Assembly (NCBI GenBank): GCA_963740935.1
Contig: CAVUFX010000006.1
Coordinates: 982,554 to 1,046,553 of the forward strand
DNA length: 64,000 nt
Origin: an uncultured Actinomycetota bacterium
GTDB taxonomy: Bacteria > Actinomycetota > Actinomycetes > Propionibacteriales > Nocardioidaceae
Reading direction: 5' to 3'
The number at the start of each line of letters is the position of its first letter. The stretch's first letter is position 1. Under the pieces are notes generated by a model. That model did not search any database. It was given only the letters and a program-made list of their open reading frames with translations, and had not been told where the DNA came from. The position numbers were made by a program, and so were the translations under genes. Below are positions 19,436 through 30,124 of this stretch, piece by piece.

Positions 19436-20386
19436 TCACAGCCGACGGGCGGAGAAGGTGTCGCACGCCTCGAGCGAGCCCTGCTCGAGCCCGATGTTGA
19501 ACCACTTCACCCGCTGCGCCGCGGAGCCGTGGGTGAAGGAGTCGGTGTCGACCCTGCCGCCGGAGCGCTGCTGGATCCGGTCGTCGCCGACCGCCTCGGC
19601 GGCGTCGATCGCGCGCCGGACGTCGTCGTCGGTCAGGTCGGAGATGATCGTCTGGCCGTCCTGGTCCTGCGTCCGGGTCGCGCTGCGGGCCCACATGCCC
19701 GCCAGGCAGTCGGCCTTCAGCTCCACCCGCACCGCGTCGCTGTCGGCGCCCTGCTGGGTGCGGATCCGGCCGAGGTCGCCCTGCAGGTCCTCCACGTGGT
19801 GGCCGTACTCGTGGGCGATGACGTAGCCGATCGCGAACGGTCCGCCCTGCGCCCCGAGCCGGCCACGGAGCATGTCGTCGAAGAAGGTGGTGTCGAGGTA
19901 GACCAGCTGGTCGTTGGGGCAGTAGAAGGGCCCCATCTCCGAGCTGGCCTGGCCGCAGCCGGACTGCGTGGATCCCTCGAACCGCACCGTCTTGATCTGC
20001 TGGTAGGCCTCGCCGGTCTGGTCGGGGTAGGCCTGGTCCCAGTAGTCCTGGACCGAGGTGGTGAACAGGTCGATCGCGCAGGCGTCGGAGGTGTTGGCGT
20101 CCTCCCCGGTCCGGCACTCGTTGGCCGTCTGCTCGCCGGTCGCGCCCGACGTGCCGGTCCCGCCGCCTCCGCCGCCCCCGCCCACGCCGCCGACGCACTG
20201 CACGAGCACGTAGAGCAGCACGATCAGGATGATGCCGCCGATCCCGAGGCCGCCCTTGCCGCCTGTCGGGACGGGCAGCCGGGCGCCACCACCGCCGAGG
20301 CCGCCGCCGAAGCCGCCGCCACGGCCGCCGCCACGGCGTACCTCCACCTGGCTCTGGTCGATGCGGGCCTTGGGGTTGAAGCGCAT
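19436..20386 (-). CDS. Neutral zinc metallopeptidase (YpfJ-like)
   Basis: Gly-rich N-terminus + TM, GPFYCPND, YVIAHEYGHHV, ELKADCLAG, FTHGSAAQR. Confidence 0.9.
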   Translation of the reverse strand: MRFNPKARIDQSQVEVRRGGGRGGGFGGGLGGGGARLPVPTGGKGGLGIGGIILIVLLYVLVQCVGGVGGGGGGGGTGTSGATGEQTANECRTGEDANTSDACAIDLFTTSVQDYWDQAYPDQTGEAYQQIKTVRFEGSTQSGCGQASSEMGPFYCPNDQLVYLDTTFFDDMLRGRLGAQGGPFAIGYVIAHEYGHHVEDLQGDLGRIRTQQGADSDAVRVELKADCLAGMWARSATRTQDQDGQTIISDLTDDDVRRAIDAAEAVGDDRIQQRSGGRVDTDSFTHGSAAQRVKWFNIGLEQGSLEACDTFSARRL

Positions 20387-20527
20387 GGGTGCTCCGCTCG
20401 GTCGGGGTGGCTCGTAGACTAGGGCTGCGGACCGGTCGTGTCGCAGCCCGACTTGCGGCCCGCGCTCCACCGTGAGTACCCCGTCAGGGGCGTCCCGCGC
20501 GGTGGCCACCCCCGACGAAGGCCTGTC

Positions 20528-22126
<1,599 letters not shown>

Positions 22127-22172
22127 GCGGCGTCGACCGTCGCTGTCGGTGGGCGCCACTAGCCTCGGCCCC

Positions 22173-22979
22173 ATGTCCCCAGCCGACACGTCCTGGATCG
22201 ACGCCGACCGGTTGCGCGGGGTGGGCCTGCGCGCCGACCTCGACGGCGCGGTGCTGACCCTCACCCTCGACCGGCCGCAGCGTCGCAACAGCCAGACGCC
22301 GGGGCAGTGGCGCGCCCTGGGCGACCTCGGGGCCGCGCTGCCCGACGAGGTCCGGGTGGTCGTGGTGCGCGGCGAGGGCGCCACGTTCTCGGCCGGCATC
22401 GACACCCGGCTGCTGGGTCCCGACGGCATCCCGGGCGAGGACTCCGTGCACGACCTGATGGGCGGCGACGACGACCACGTGCTGGAGACGATCGAGGCCT
22501 ACCAGCGCGGCTTCACCTGGCTGGCCGATCCTCGGTTCGTGTCCGTCGCGCAGGTGCGCGGCCACGCCATCGGGGCGGGGTTCCAGCTCGCGCTGGCCTG
22601 CGACCTGCGGGTGGTCGCCGACGACGCGCTGTTCTGCATGAAGGAGCCGGCGCTCGGGCTGGTGCCCGACCTCGCGGGAACAAAACCCCTGGTCGAGCTG
22701 GTTGGGTACTCGCGGGCGCTGGAGATCTGCGCCACGGCCAGGTTCGTGGGGGCCGACGAGGCTCGCGCGCTCGGCATCGCCACCGCGGTGGTCCCGGCCG
22801 CCGACCTCGAGGCCACCACCGGCGACCTGGTCGAGGCACTGCTCTCCAGCAACGCCGGCGCGGTCCGCGAGACCAAGGCCCTGCTGCAGTCGGCGGGCAG
22901 CCTCACCCTCGACGACCAGCGCCTGCGTGAGCGGCAGGCACAGCTGCGCCGGTTCCGGGCCCTCACCGCGAGGGACTGA
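22173..22979 (+). CDS. Enoyl-CoA hydratase/isomerase family
   Basis: FSAGID, GHAIGAGFQLALACDLRV, EPALGLVPDLAG. Confidence 0.9.
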   Translation: MSPADTSWIDADRLRGVGLRADLDGAVLTLTLDRPQRRNSQTPGQWRALGDLGAALPDEVRVVVVRGEGATFSAGIDTRLLGPDGIPGEDSVHDLMGGDDDHVLETIEAYQRGFTWLADPRFVSVAQVRGHAIGAGFQLALACDLRVVADDALFCMKEPALGLVPDLAGTKPLVELVGYSRALEICATARFVGADEARALGIATAVVPAADLEATTGDLVEALLSSNAGAVRETKALLQSAGSLTLDDQRLRERQAQLRRFRALTARD

Positions 22980-23007
22980 GAAGCCGGGCGGCCGGGAAGG
23001 AGACCCC

Positions 23008-24906
23008 ATGAGCGGCATGAGTCCCTGGGCGATGCTCGGGTCGGCACGGCGCGACCGATCGGTGGTCGACCACCGCCTGACGCGCGACACCGTGCGCAGG
23101 GTGGTCGGGTTCGCGCTGCCCCACCGCGCCCTGATCGCCGGCTTCCTGACCTTCGTGGTGCTCGACGCCGCCCTGGTCGTGGTCAACCCGCTGCTGGTCA
23201 AGCACCTGCTCGACGACGGGGTGCTGGCCGGCAACGTCTCGGTCGTGGTGTGGCTGGCGGTGGCGATGGGCGCCACGTCCGTGCTCTCCGCCATCCTGGG
23301 CGTCGGCTCGGGGTTCCTGTCCTCGCGCATCGGCGAGAGCCTGATCTTCGACCTGCGCACCCGCGTCTTCGCGCACGTGCAGCGCCTCAGCCTGGCCTTC
23401 TTCACCCGCACCCAGACCGGTGCGCTGGTCTCCCGGCTCAACAACGACGTCGTCGGTGCGCAGCGCGCCTTCACCTCGACGCTGTCCAGCGTGGTGTCCA
23501 ACTCGATCAGCGTCGTGGTCGTCGGCATCACGATGTTCGCGCTGAGCTGGCAGGTGACGCTGGCGTGCCTGGCGCTGTTCCCGCTGCTGCTGCTCGCCTC
23601 GCGCTGGGTCGGCCGCCAGATCAGCGGCCTGACGCGCCGTCAGATGGACGGCAACGCCGACCTCGGCAACATGATGACCGAGCGCTTCAACGTCGGCGGG
23701 GCGCTGCTGCTCAAGCTCTTCGGGCGTCGCGACGAGGAGGACGACCGCTACGCCGAGAAGGCCGGCGTGGTGCGCGACCTCGGCATCCGGATCGCCCTGG
23801 TCACCCGCATCTTCATGGCCTTCATGATGCTCGTGCCCGCCCTGGCCACCGCGCTCGTCTACGGCATCGGCGGCTCGCTGGCGGTGAGCGGGGCGCTCAC
23901 CGTCGGCACGCTGACCGCCCTCGCGACGCTGCTGCTGCGGCTGCTCGGCCCGATGCAGGGGCTCTCCAACGTCCGCGTCGACGTGATGACGGCGCTGGTC
24001 AGCTTCGACCGCGTCTTCGAGGTCCTCGACCTGCCCTCCACCGTGGCCGAGAAGGACGACGCCGTCGACGTCGACCCCCACCACGGCCGGGTGCAGTTCT
24101 CCCACGTCGGGTTCGCCTACCCCACGGCCGAGGAGGTCTCGCTGGCCAGCCTCGAGACCGTGGCGCGGGCCGAGAGCCGCGACAACGGCCCGGTGCTGCA
24201 CGAGGTCGACTTCACCGCCGAGCCCGGTCAGATGGTCGCCCTGGTGGGCCCCTCGGGGGCCGGCAAGACGACCATCACCCACCTCGTCGCCCGGCTGTAC
24301 GACGTGACCAGCGGTGCCGTCCTGGTGGGCGGCCGCGACGTCCGCGACGTCTCGCTGCAGTCGCTGGAGGACACCGTGGGCTACGTCACCCAGGACGCCC
24401 ACATGTTCCACGACACGATCCGGGAGAACCTCCGCTACGCGCAGCCCGACGCCACCGACGACGAGGTCTGGGCGGCCCTGGAGGCGGCCCGCATCGCGGC
24501 GCTGGTGCGCTCGATGCCCGACGGCCTCGACACCGTGGTGGGCGACCGCGGCTACCGGCTCTCCGGCGGCGAGCGCCAGCGGCTGGCGATCGCGCGGCTG
24601 CTGCTCAAGGCGCCGTCCATCGTGGTGCTCGACGAGGCGACCGCCCACCTCGACTCCGAGTCCGAGCACGCCGTGCAGCAGGCGTTGGACTCCGCGCTCG
24701 AGGGTCGCACCTCCCTGGTGATCGCACACCGGCTCTCCACCGTCCGCAACGCCGACCTGATCCTGGTCGTCGAGGACGGCCGGATCGTGCAGCGCGGCAC
24801 CCACACCGAGCTGCTGGCGGCCGGTGGCCTGTACGCCGACCTCCACCGCACCCAGTTCTCCGAGGACGCCCCCGCCCCGCGGCCCGCCCCGCAGACGGTC
24901 GGCTGA
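23008..24906 (+). CDS. ABC exporter (fused permease + ATPase)
   Basis: TM domain then GPSGAGKTT, LSGGERQR, LDEATAHLD. Confidence 0.92.
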   Translation: MSGMSPWAMLGSARRDRSVVDHRLTRDTVRRVVGFALPHRALIAGFLTFVVLDAALVVVNPLLVKHLLDDGVLAGNVSVVVWLAVAMGATSVLSAILGVGSGFLSSRIGESLIFDLRTRVFAHVQRLSLAFFTRTQTGALVSRLNNDVVGAQRAFTSTLSSVVSNSISVVVVGITMFALSWQVTLACLALFPLLLLASRWVGRQISGLTRRQMDGNADLGNMMTERFNVGGALLLKLFGRRDEEDDRYAEKAGVVRDLGIRIALVTRIFMAFMMLVPALATALVYGIGGSLAVSGALTVGTLTALATLLLRLLGPMQGLSNVRVDVMTALVSFDRVFEVLDLPSTVAEKDDAVDVDPHHGRVQFSHVGFAYPTAEEVSLASLETVARAESRDNGPVLHEVDFTAEPGQMVALVGPSGAGKTTITHLVARLYDVTSGAVLVGGRDVRDVSLQSLEDTVGYVTQDAHMFHDTIRENLRYAQPDATDDEVWAALEAARIAALVRSMPDGLDTVVGDRGYRLSGGERQRLAIARLLLKAPSIVVLDEATAHLDSESEHAVQQALDSALEGRTSLVIAHRLSTVRNADLILVVEDGRIVQRGTHTELLAAGGLYADLHRTQFSEDAPAPRPAPQTVG

Positions 24907-24958
24907 CGCCGTGTCCGACCCGCGCCCCGAGGCTCGCGCCGGTCGCTAGCGTGGGGCC

Positions 24959-25717
24959 ATGGACCTGCGACTGACCGACCGGGTGCTCCTCGTGACCGGC
25001 GGCGCCCGGGGGCTGGGCCGTGCGAGCGCCGAGCTGCTCGTCGCCGAGGGCGCCCGCGTGGTGCTGTCCGGCCGCAGCGAGAGCTCGCTGGGCGACGCCG
25101 TCGCCGCGCTGGGGGAGGACCGCGCCGAGGCGGTCGTGGCCGACAACGCCGACCCGGCCACCGCCGACCGCCTGGTGGCGGCGGCGCTGGCGCGGTGGGG
25201 CCGCCTCGACGGCGCGCTCGTCTCGGTCGGGGGCCCGCCGCCCGGCTCGGTGATGGACACCGAGGACCGGGTGTGGACCGACGCGTTCGAGTCGATCTTC
25301 GTGGGCGGGCTGCGCGTGGCCCGCGCAACGGCCCGGGCCGTCACCGGCCCGGCGTCGATCGTGTTCGTGCTCTCGACCTCGGTCCGCGAGCCGGTGGCCG
25401 GCCTCGCGGTCTCCAACGGCCTGCGCCCCGGCCTGGCCATGGCCGCCAAGGTCCTCGCCGGCGAGCTGGGACCCCGCGACGTCCGGGTCAACGGCCTGCT
25501 CCCCGGCCGCATCTCGACCGACCGGGTGGCCGAGCTGGACGACGCGACCGGCGACCCGGAGGCGGCACGACGACGGGCGGTGGCCTCGATCCCGCTGGGC
25601 CGCTACGGCCGCCCCGAGGAGTTCGCCGCGGCTGCGGCGTTCCTGCTCAGCCCGGTGTCATCGTTCGTGACCGGCACGATGCTCCCGGTGGACGGCGGCC
25701 TGCTGCGGGGCCTGTGA
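24959..25717 (+). CDS. Short-chain dehydrogenase/reductase
   Basis: TGGARGLG Rossmann motif, SNGLR, VNGLLPG, GRYGRPEE. Confidence 0.9.
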   Translation: MDLRLTDRVLLVTGGARGLGRASAELLVAEGARVVLSGRSESSLGDAVAALGEDRAEAVVADNADPATADRLVAAALARWGRLDGALVSVGGPPPGSVMDTEDRVWTDAFESIFVGGLRVARATARAVTGPASIVFVLSTSVREPVAGLAVSNGLRPGLAMAAKVLAGELGPRDVRVNGLLPGRISTDRVAELDDATGDPEAARRRAVASIPLGRYGRPEEFAAAAAFLLSPVSSFVTGTMLPVDGGLLRGL

Positions 25718-26443
25718 CCCGCGTCGGCGCCGGCGCACCTCGTCGAAGGCGAGGTAGCCGAACCCGAACACCGCCAGCGCCCCGAAGAACCACCACTGCA
25801 GACCGTAGAAGAAGTGCGGCCCGTTGCTCCCGGCGTCCGGCAGCTCGGTGAGGGCGAGCGGCTGCTCGGGCTCGGGGCTCTCCTCGGCGAGGTCCAGGAA
25901 CCCGCGGTACAGCGGGTGCGGCACCACCTCGGCGGCCGCACTCGAGGACACCGCCCGGGTGCTGAGGTCCTCCACCGCGGTCGCCCCGCCCTGCGCGTCC
26001 TGGCGGACGTAGCCGGTCACCGTGACGGTGCCCTCGGTGGCGGGGGGGAGGTCGGGTCGGGTGCCGCCGGAGTTGTCGGTCGCCAGCCAGCCACGGTCCA
26101 CCAGGACCGCGGTGCCGTCCTCGGTCACCAGCGGGGTGATCACGTCGACCCCGGCGCTGCCGCCGCGGGTCTGGTACTTCAGCACGATCGTGCTCGCGTC
26201 GTCCCAGGTGCCGCGGGCGGTGACCCGCTGCCAGGCGGCCTCGGCGGGGGGCTGCTGCTGGGTGGAGAGCACGTCCTGGACCGGCACCGGCGCGGCCCGC
26301 AGGTTGGTGGTGACGATGCGGTTGTCCTGCTTGCGGTCCTCGAGACGGCCGAACTGCCACTGCCCCAGCTGGAGGGCCAGGTAGGCCAGGGCGACGACGA
26401 CAGCGCCGAGGACCACCCAGCGTCTGGTCAGCAGGAATCCCAC
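25658..26443 (-). CDS. SURF1-family protein
   Basis: LGQWQFGRL, VITPL, VDRGWL, HFFYGLQWWFFG. Confidence 0.9.
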   Translation of the reverse strand: MGFLLTRRWVVLGAVVVALAYLALQLGQWQFGRLEDRKQDNRIVTTNLRAAPVPVQDVLSTQQQPPAEAAWQRVTARGTWDDASTIVLKYQTRGGSAGVDVITPLVTEDGTAVLVDRGWLATDNSGGTRPDLPPATEGTVTVTGYVRQDAQGGATAVEDLSTRAVSSSAAAEVVPHPLYRGFLDLAEESPEPEQPLALTELPDAGSNGPHFFYGLQWWFFGALAVFGFGYLAFDEVRRRRRGSQAPQQAAVHREHRAGHER

Positions 26444-26484
26444 GCCACGAGCGTAGTTCGGGGTTCCGTCCCTAGACTGGTCGG

Positions 26485-27510
26485 GTGACTGCCCTCCACG
26501 ACCTCCAGCCGGCCCCGACGGGTGGCCTGGCCGACGGGTTCGGCCGGGTCGCCACCGACCTGCGGGTCTCCCTGACCGACCGCTGCAACCTGCGCTGCAA
26601 CTACTGCATGCCGGCCGAGGGCCTCGACTGGCTGCCGACCGACCAGACGCTGAGCGACGACGAGGTGGTGCGGCTGGTCCGCATCGGCGTGGAGGACCTC
26701 GGCATCCGCGAGGTGCGGTTCACCGGCGGCGAGCCGCTGCTGCGCCGGGGGCTGAGCGACATCGTCCGGCGTACGACGCTGCTGCGCCCGCGCCCCGAGG
26801 TCTCGCTCACCACCAACGCCCTGGGCCTCGCGCGCACCGCGGCCACCCTGGCCGAGGCCGGGCTCGACCGGGTCAACGTCAGCCTCGACACCATCCGCGC
26901 CGACGTGTTCGCGCAGATCACCCGCCGCGACCGGCTGCACGACGTCGTCGCCGGGCTCGAGGCCGCCGACGCGGCCGGCATCGGCCCGATCAAGATCAAC
27001 GCCGTGCTGCTGCGCGGCGTCAACGACCACCTGGCGCCCGAGCTGCTGGCCTGGTGCCTGGAGCGGGGCTACCAGCTGCGCATCATCGAGCAGATGCCGC
27101 TGGACGCCCAGCACAGCTGGTCGCGCGAGGGCATGGTGACCGCGGAGGAGATCTTCGCCTCGCTGGCCACCGCGTTCACGCTCACCCCGGACCCCGACCA
27201 CCGCGGCAGCGCCCCGGCGGAGACGTTCATGGTGGACGGCGGTCCGGCTCGCGTGGGCGTCATCGCCTCGGTCACCCGCCCGTTCTGCGGCGACTGCGAC
27301 CGGGTCCGGCTCACCGCCGACGGCCAGGTCCGCAACTGCCTGTTCGCCCGCGAGGAGTCCGACCTGCGGGCCGCGCTGCGCGGCGGGGCGAGCGACGCCG
27401 AGATCGCCGACCGGTGGCGGCTGGCGATGGTCACCAAGCGGCCGGGCCACGGCATCGACGACACCACGTTCCTCCAGCCGACCCGGCCGATGTCCGCGAT
27501 CGGCGGCTGA
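26485..27510 (+). CDS. moaA: GTP 3',8-cyclase (molybdenum cofactor biosynthesis)
   Basis: Radical SAM CNLRCNYC, FTGGEP, FCGDCDR..C, C-terminal MSAIGG. Confidence 0.96.
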   Translation: MTALHDLQPAPTGGLADGFGRVATDLRVSLTDRCNLRCNYCMPAEGLDWLPTDQTLSDDEVVRLVRIGVEDLGIREVRFTGGEPLLRRGLSDIVRRTTLLRPRPEVSLTTNALGLARTAATLAEAGLDRVNVSLDTIRADVFAQITRRDRLHDVVAGLEAADAAGIGPIKINAVLLRGVNDHLAPELLAWCLERGYQLRIIEQMPLDAQHSWSREGMVTAEEIFASLATAFTLTPDPDHRGSAPAETFMVDGGPARVGVIASVTRPFCGDCDRVRLTADGQVRNCLFAREESDLRAALRGGASDAEIADRWRLAMVTKRPGHGIDDTTFLQPTRPMSAIGG

Positions 27511-27556
27511 GCGACCCTCCGCTCACCCGGCGCGCCACCGGCACCGGCGCGCCTGC

Positions 27557-27763
27557 TCAGGCGTGCGGGACGACGTCGCGCAGGAACTGCCGCGCGGCGA
27601 GGAAGTCGCCCAGCGTGCTGCGGTGCTCCTCGCAGGCCAGCCAGACCTTGCGGCGGTCCGGGGTGTGGAGCTTGGGGTTGTTCCACAGCAGCTCGTGGGT
27701 CGCGGGGGCCTGGCAGCCCTTGGCCGAGCAGACCTCGGTGGGCTCGGGGGCGCCGTCGCTCAT
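27557..27763 (-). CDS. Small conserved actinobacterial protein with Cys/His motif
   Basis: CSAKGC...WNNPKLHTPDRRKVWLACEEH; ATG overlaps the DUF3099 stop. Confidence 0.8.
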   Translation of the reverse strand: MSDGAPEPTEVCSAKGCQAPATHELLWNNPKLHTPDRRKVWLACEEHRSTLGDFLAARQFLRDVVPHA

Positions 27764-28056
27764 CCGAGCTCCTTGTAGCCGCCCCCGGGCTGCACGAGGT
27801 CGGCGCCGTCGGTGCGGGGCGCGGCGCTGTTGGCGACGATGACCGCGACGTAGGGCAGGAACACCGCGCCGAAGATCAGCACCCAGCGCACCCACCCCGG
27901 GCCGACGACGGCGGCGCCGACGAAGCAGAGGGTCCGGATCACCATCGAGATCACGTAGCGACGGCGACGACGTTCGAGGTCGTCACGGTGGCTCTGTGGT
28001 GCGGTGGTGATCCTGACGGGCTCGGTCCCGCGCCGGTTGCTGCGTGCTCCTGCCAC
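27760..28056 (-). CDS. DUF3099 membrane protein
   Basis: RRRRRYVISMVIRTLCF...LPYVAVIVAN; GTG 28056 lies 7 nt after TACGCT. Confidence 0.85.
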   Translation of the reverse strand: MAGARSNRRGTEPVRITTAPQSHRDDLERRRRRYVISMVIRTLCFVGAAVVGPGWVRWVLIFGAVFLPYVAVIVANSAAPRTDGADLVQPGGGYKELG

Positions 28057-28169
28057 ACCTCCCAGCGTACGTCGGGCTCCCAGCCCCTCCGGGCGGAGCG
28101 GCAGCCGCAGTGCGAGACTGACGCGGTCATCGGGCCCCGAGCCCCCGCCGAGCACCCAGGAGGACGCAG

Positions 28170-28382
28170 ATGTCCGACCGCACCTACCGCGTGACCGAGA
28201 TCGTCGGCACCTCCACCGAGGGCATCGACCAGGCGATCCGCAACGGCGTCGAGCGCGCCGCCCGCACGCTGCGCCACGTCGACTGGTTCGAGATGACCCA
28301 GGTCCGCGGCCACGTCAAGGACGGCCAGGTCGAGCACTTCCAGGTGGGCCTGAAGGTGGGCTTCCGGCTCGAGGACGACTGA
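28170..28382 (+). CDS. Dodecin (flavin-binding)
   Basis: TYRVTEIVGTS..AIRNGV.RA..TLRHVDWFE..RG...FQVGLKVGF. Confidence 0.93.
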   Translation: MSDRTYRVTEIVGTSTEGIDQAIRNGVERAARTLRHVDWFEMTQVRGHVKDGQVEHFQVGLKVGFRLEDD

Positions 28383-28386
28383 GGCG

Positions 28387-30099
28387 TTGGGCGCCGGCCT
28401 CGCCCTGGTGGAGCTGCGGGTCCTCGAGGGGCCCAACCTGTACTTCCCCCGCGCGGCGGTCAAGCTGACCGTCGACGTCCACCCGCTCGCCGCCCTGGAC
28501 GAGGCCGCGCTGCGCGACCTGGCCGCCCGCCTCGGGCTGCGCTCGGTGCGAGCCGGGCAGCCGTTGAGCGGCTTCCGGCAGCGGGCGCTGGTCCGGGTGG
28601 TGACGGCGCTGGTGCGGCGGGTCGCCCGCGAGTCGGGCACCACGCGGCTCGGCGTACGCGTCCGGGCGACCGCCGACGCCGACCGGCTCGTGGTGGCGTA
28701 CCCCTGGCGCGACCGGTCGCGGGCACGGGCGCTGGGGGAGCAGGTCGCCGCCGTGCTGGACGGGCTCGGCGGCACCGACCCGCTCGAGGACCTCGTCGCC
28801 GCCGCTGCCGCGGTGGTGCGCGGCACGCCGCGCGGTCCCGGCCCCACCACCGTGCGCCCGCGGGTGCCGCTCGTGGCCGTCACCGGCACCAACGGCAAGA
28901 CCACCACCTCGCGCATGATCGCCCACATCGCCCGCCAGGCGGGCCACCACGTCGGCTGGTCCAGCACCGACGGGGTGTACGTCGACGGCGAGCTCGTCGA
29001 GCCCGGCGACTACTCCGGACCCTCGGGGGCCGGCCAGGTGCTGTCGCGGCCGGAGGTGGACTTCGCGGTCACCGAGACCGCCCGGGGCGGGATCCTGCTC
29101 AAGGGCATCGGCGTGAGCAGCAACGACGTCTCGGTCGTGACCAACGTGACCGCCGACCACCTCGGGCTCCAGGGCATCGACACCGTCGACCAGCTCGCCG
29201 AGGTCAAGGCCGTGGTCCCCTCCATCACCCGCCGCGACGGCTGGGCGGTCCTCAACGCCGACGACCCGCGGACCCTGGCGATGCGCGGCGTGACCAAGGC
29301 GCAGCCGTGGCTGTTCTCCCGCGACCCCGACTCCCCGGCGCTGCGCGAGGTGCTGGGCGCCGGCGGTCGGGCCACCACCGTCATCGACGGCTGGGTGACC
29401 GTGCTGGAGGGCCGCACCTCCGACCTGCTGGTCGAGCTGGTGGACGTGCCGATGACGCTCGGCGGGCTGTCCCGCTTCAACGTCGAGAACGCCCTGGCCG
29501 CGGCGTCCGCCGGCCTGGCCGCCGGCATCGCGCGCGAGCACGTGGTCGCCGGGCTGCGGTCGTTCCGGCCCGACGCCGAGCACAACCCCGGCCGGATGAA
29601 CTTCTTCACCGTCCCCACCGATCGCGGCGAGCTGTGCGTGGTGATGGACCTCGCCCACAACGAGGCCGGGCTCGAGGCGATGGTCGAGATCATGCGCGGG
29701 GTCCGCGCACCCGGTGGCCGGCTGCTGCTCGGCCTCGGCGCGGTGGGCGACCGGACCGACGAGCTGCTCGAGGCGCTGGGCGAGATCGCCGCGCGCGACA
29801 GCGACGTGGTCGCGATCGGCCACAAGGAGAGGTACCTCCGCGGTCGCACCGTCGCCGAGATGGACGCCCTGCTGCGCACCGGCGCGGAGCGCGTCGGGGT
29901 GACCGACGTGGCGTCGTACCCCACCGAGCTGGCCTCGCTCCAGGCCCTCGTCGCGCAGGCCGGGCCCGCCGACGTGGTGGGCCTGATGTGCCACGCGGAG
30001 CGCCAGGAGGTCTACGACTGGCTGGCCTCGGTGGGCGGTGCGCCCGACTCGGCCGAGCGGCTCGCCGAGCGCGTACGACGGGCGGCGGCACCGGCGTGA
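28387..30099 (+). CDS. Cyanophycin-synthetase paralogue: degenerate N domain + Mur-ligase (M) domain, no ATP-grasp domain
   Basis: Starts ELRVLEGPNLY (compare CphA ETRVYRGANVW); then VAVTGTNGKTTTSRMI, ETARGGILLKG, NVTADHLGLQGIDT, LNADDP, D-x-AHN, all matching the M domain of the neighbouring CphA. Confidence 0.8.
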   Translation: MGAGLALVELRVLEGPNLYFPRAAVKLTVDVHPLAALDEAALRDLAARLGLRSVRAGQPLSGFRQRALVRVVTALVRRVARESGTTRLGVRVRATADADRLVVAYPWRDRSRARALGEQVAAVLDGLGGTDPLEDLVAAAAAVVRGTPRGPGPTTVRPRVPLVAVTGTNGKTTTSRMIAHIARQAGHHVGWSSTDGVYVDGELVEPGDYSGPSGAGQVLSRPEVDFAVTETARGGILLKGIGVSSNDVSVVTNVTADHLGLQGIDTVDQLAEVKAVVPSITRRDGWAVLNADDPRTLAMRGVTKAQPWLFSRDPDSPALREVLGAGGRATTVIDGWVTVLEGRTSDLLVELVDVPMTLGGLSRFNVENALAAASAGLAAGIAREHVVAGLRSFRPDAEHNPGRMNFFTVPTDRGELCVVMDLAHNEAGLEAMVEIMRGVRAPGGRLLLGLGAVGDRTDELLEALGEIAARDSDVVAIGHKERYLRGRTVAEMDALLRTGAERVGVTDVASYPTELASLQALVAQAGPADVVGLMCHAERQEVYDWLASVGGAPDSAERLAERVRRAAAPA

Positions 30100-30124
30100 G
30101 CCCGCTTGGTGGAGACTGTCCGTC

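Noticed and set aside
28387-30099. Ordinary peptidoglycan Mur ligase or FolC
   Set aside because: The N-terminus and the ARGGIL / DHLGL.GIDT motifs match CphA rather than MurC-F or FolC, and there is no dcw-cluster context.
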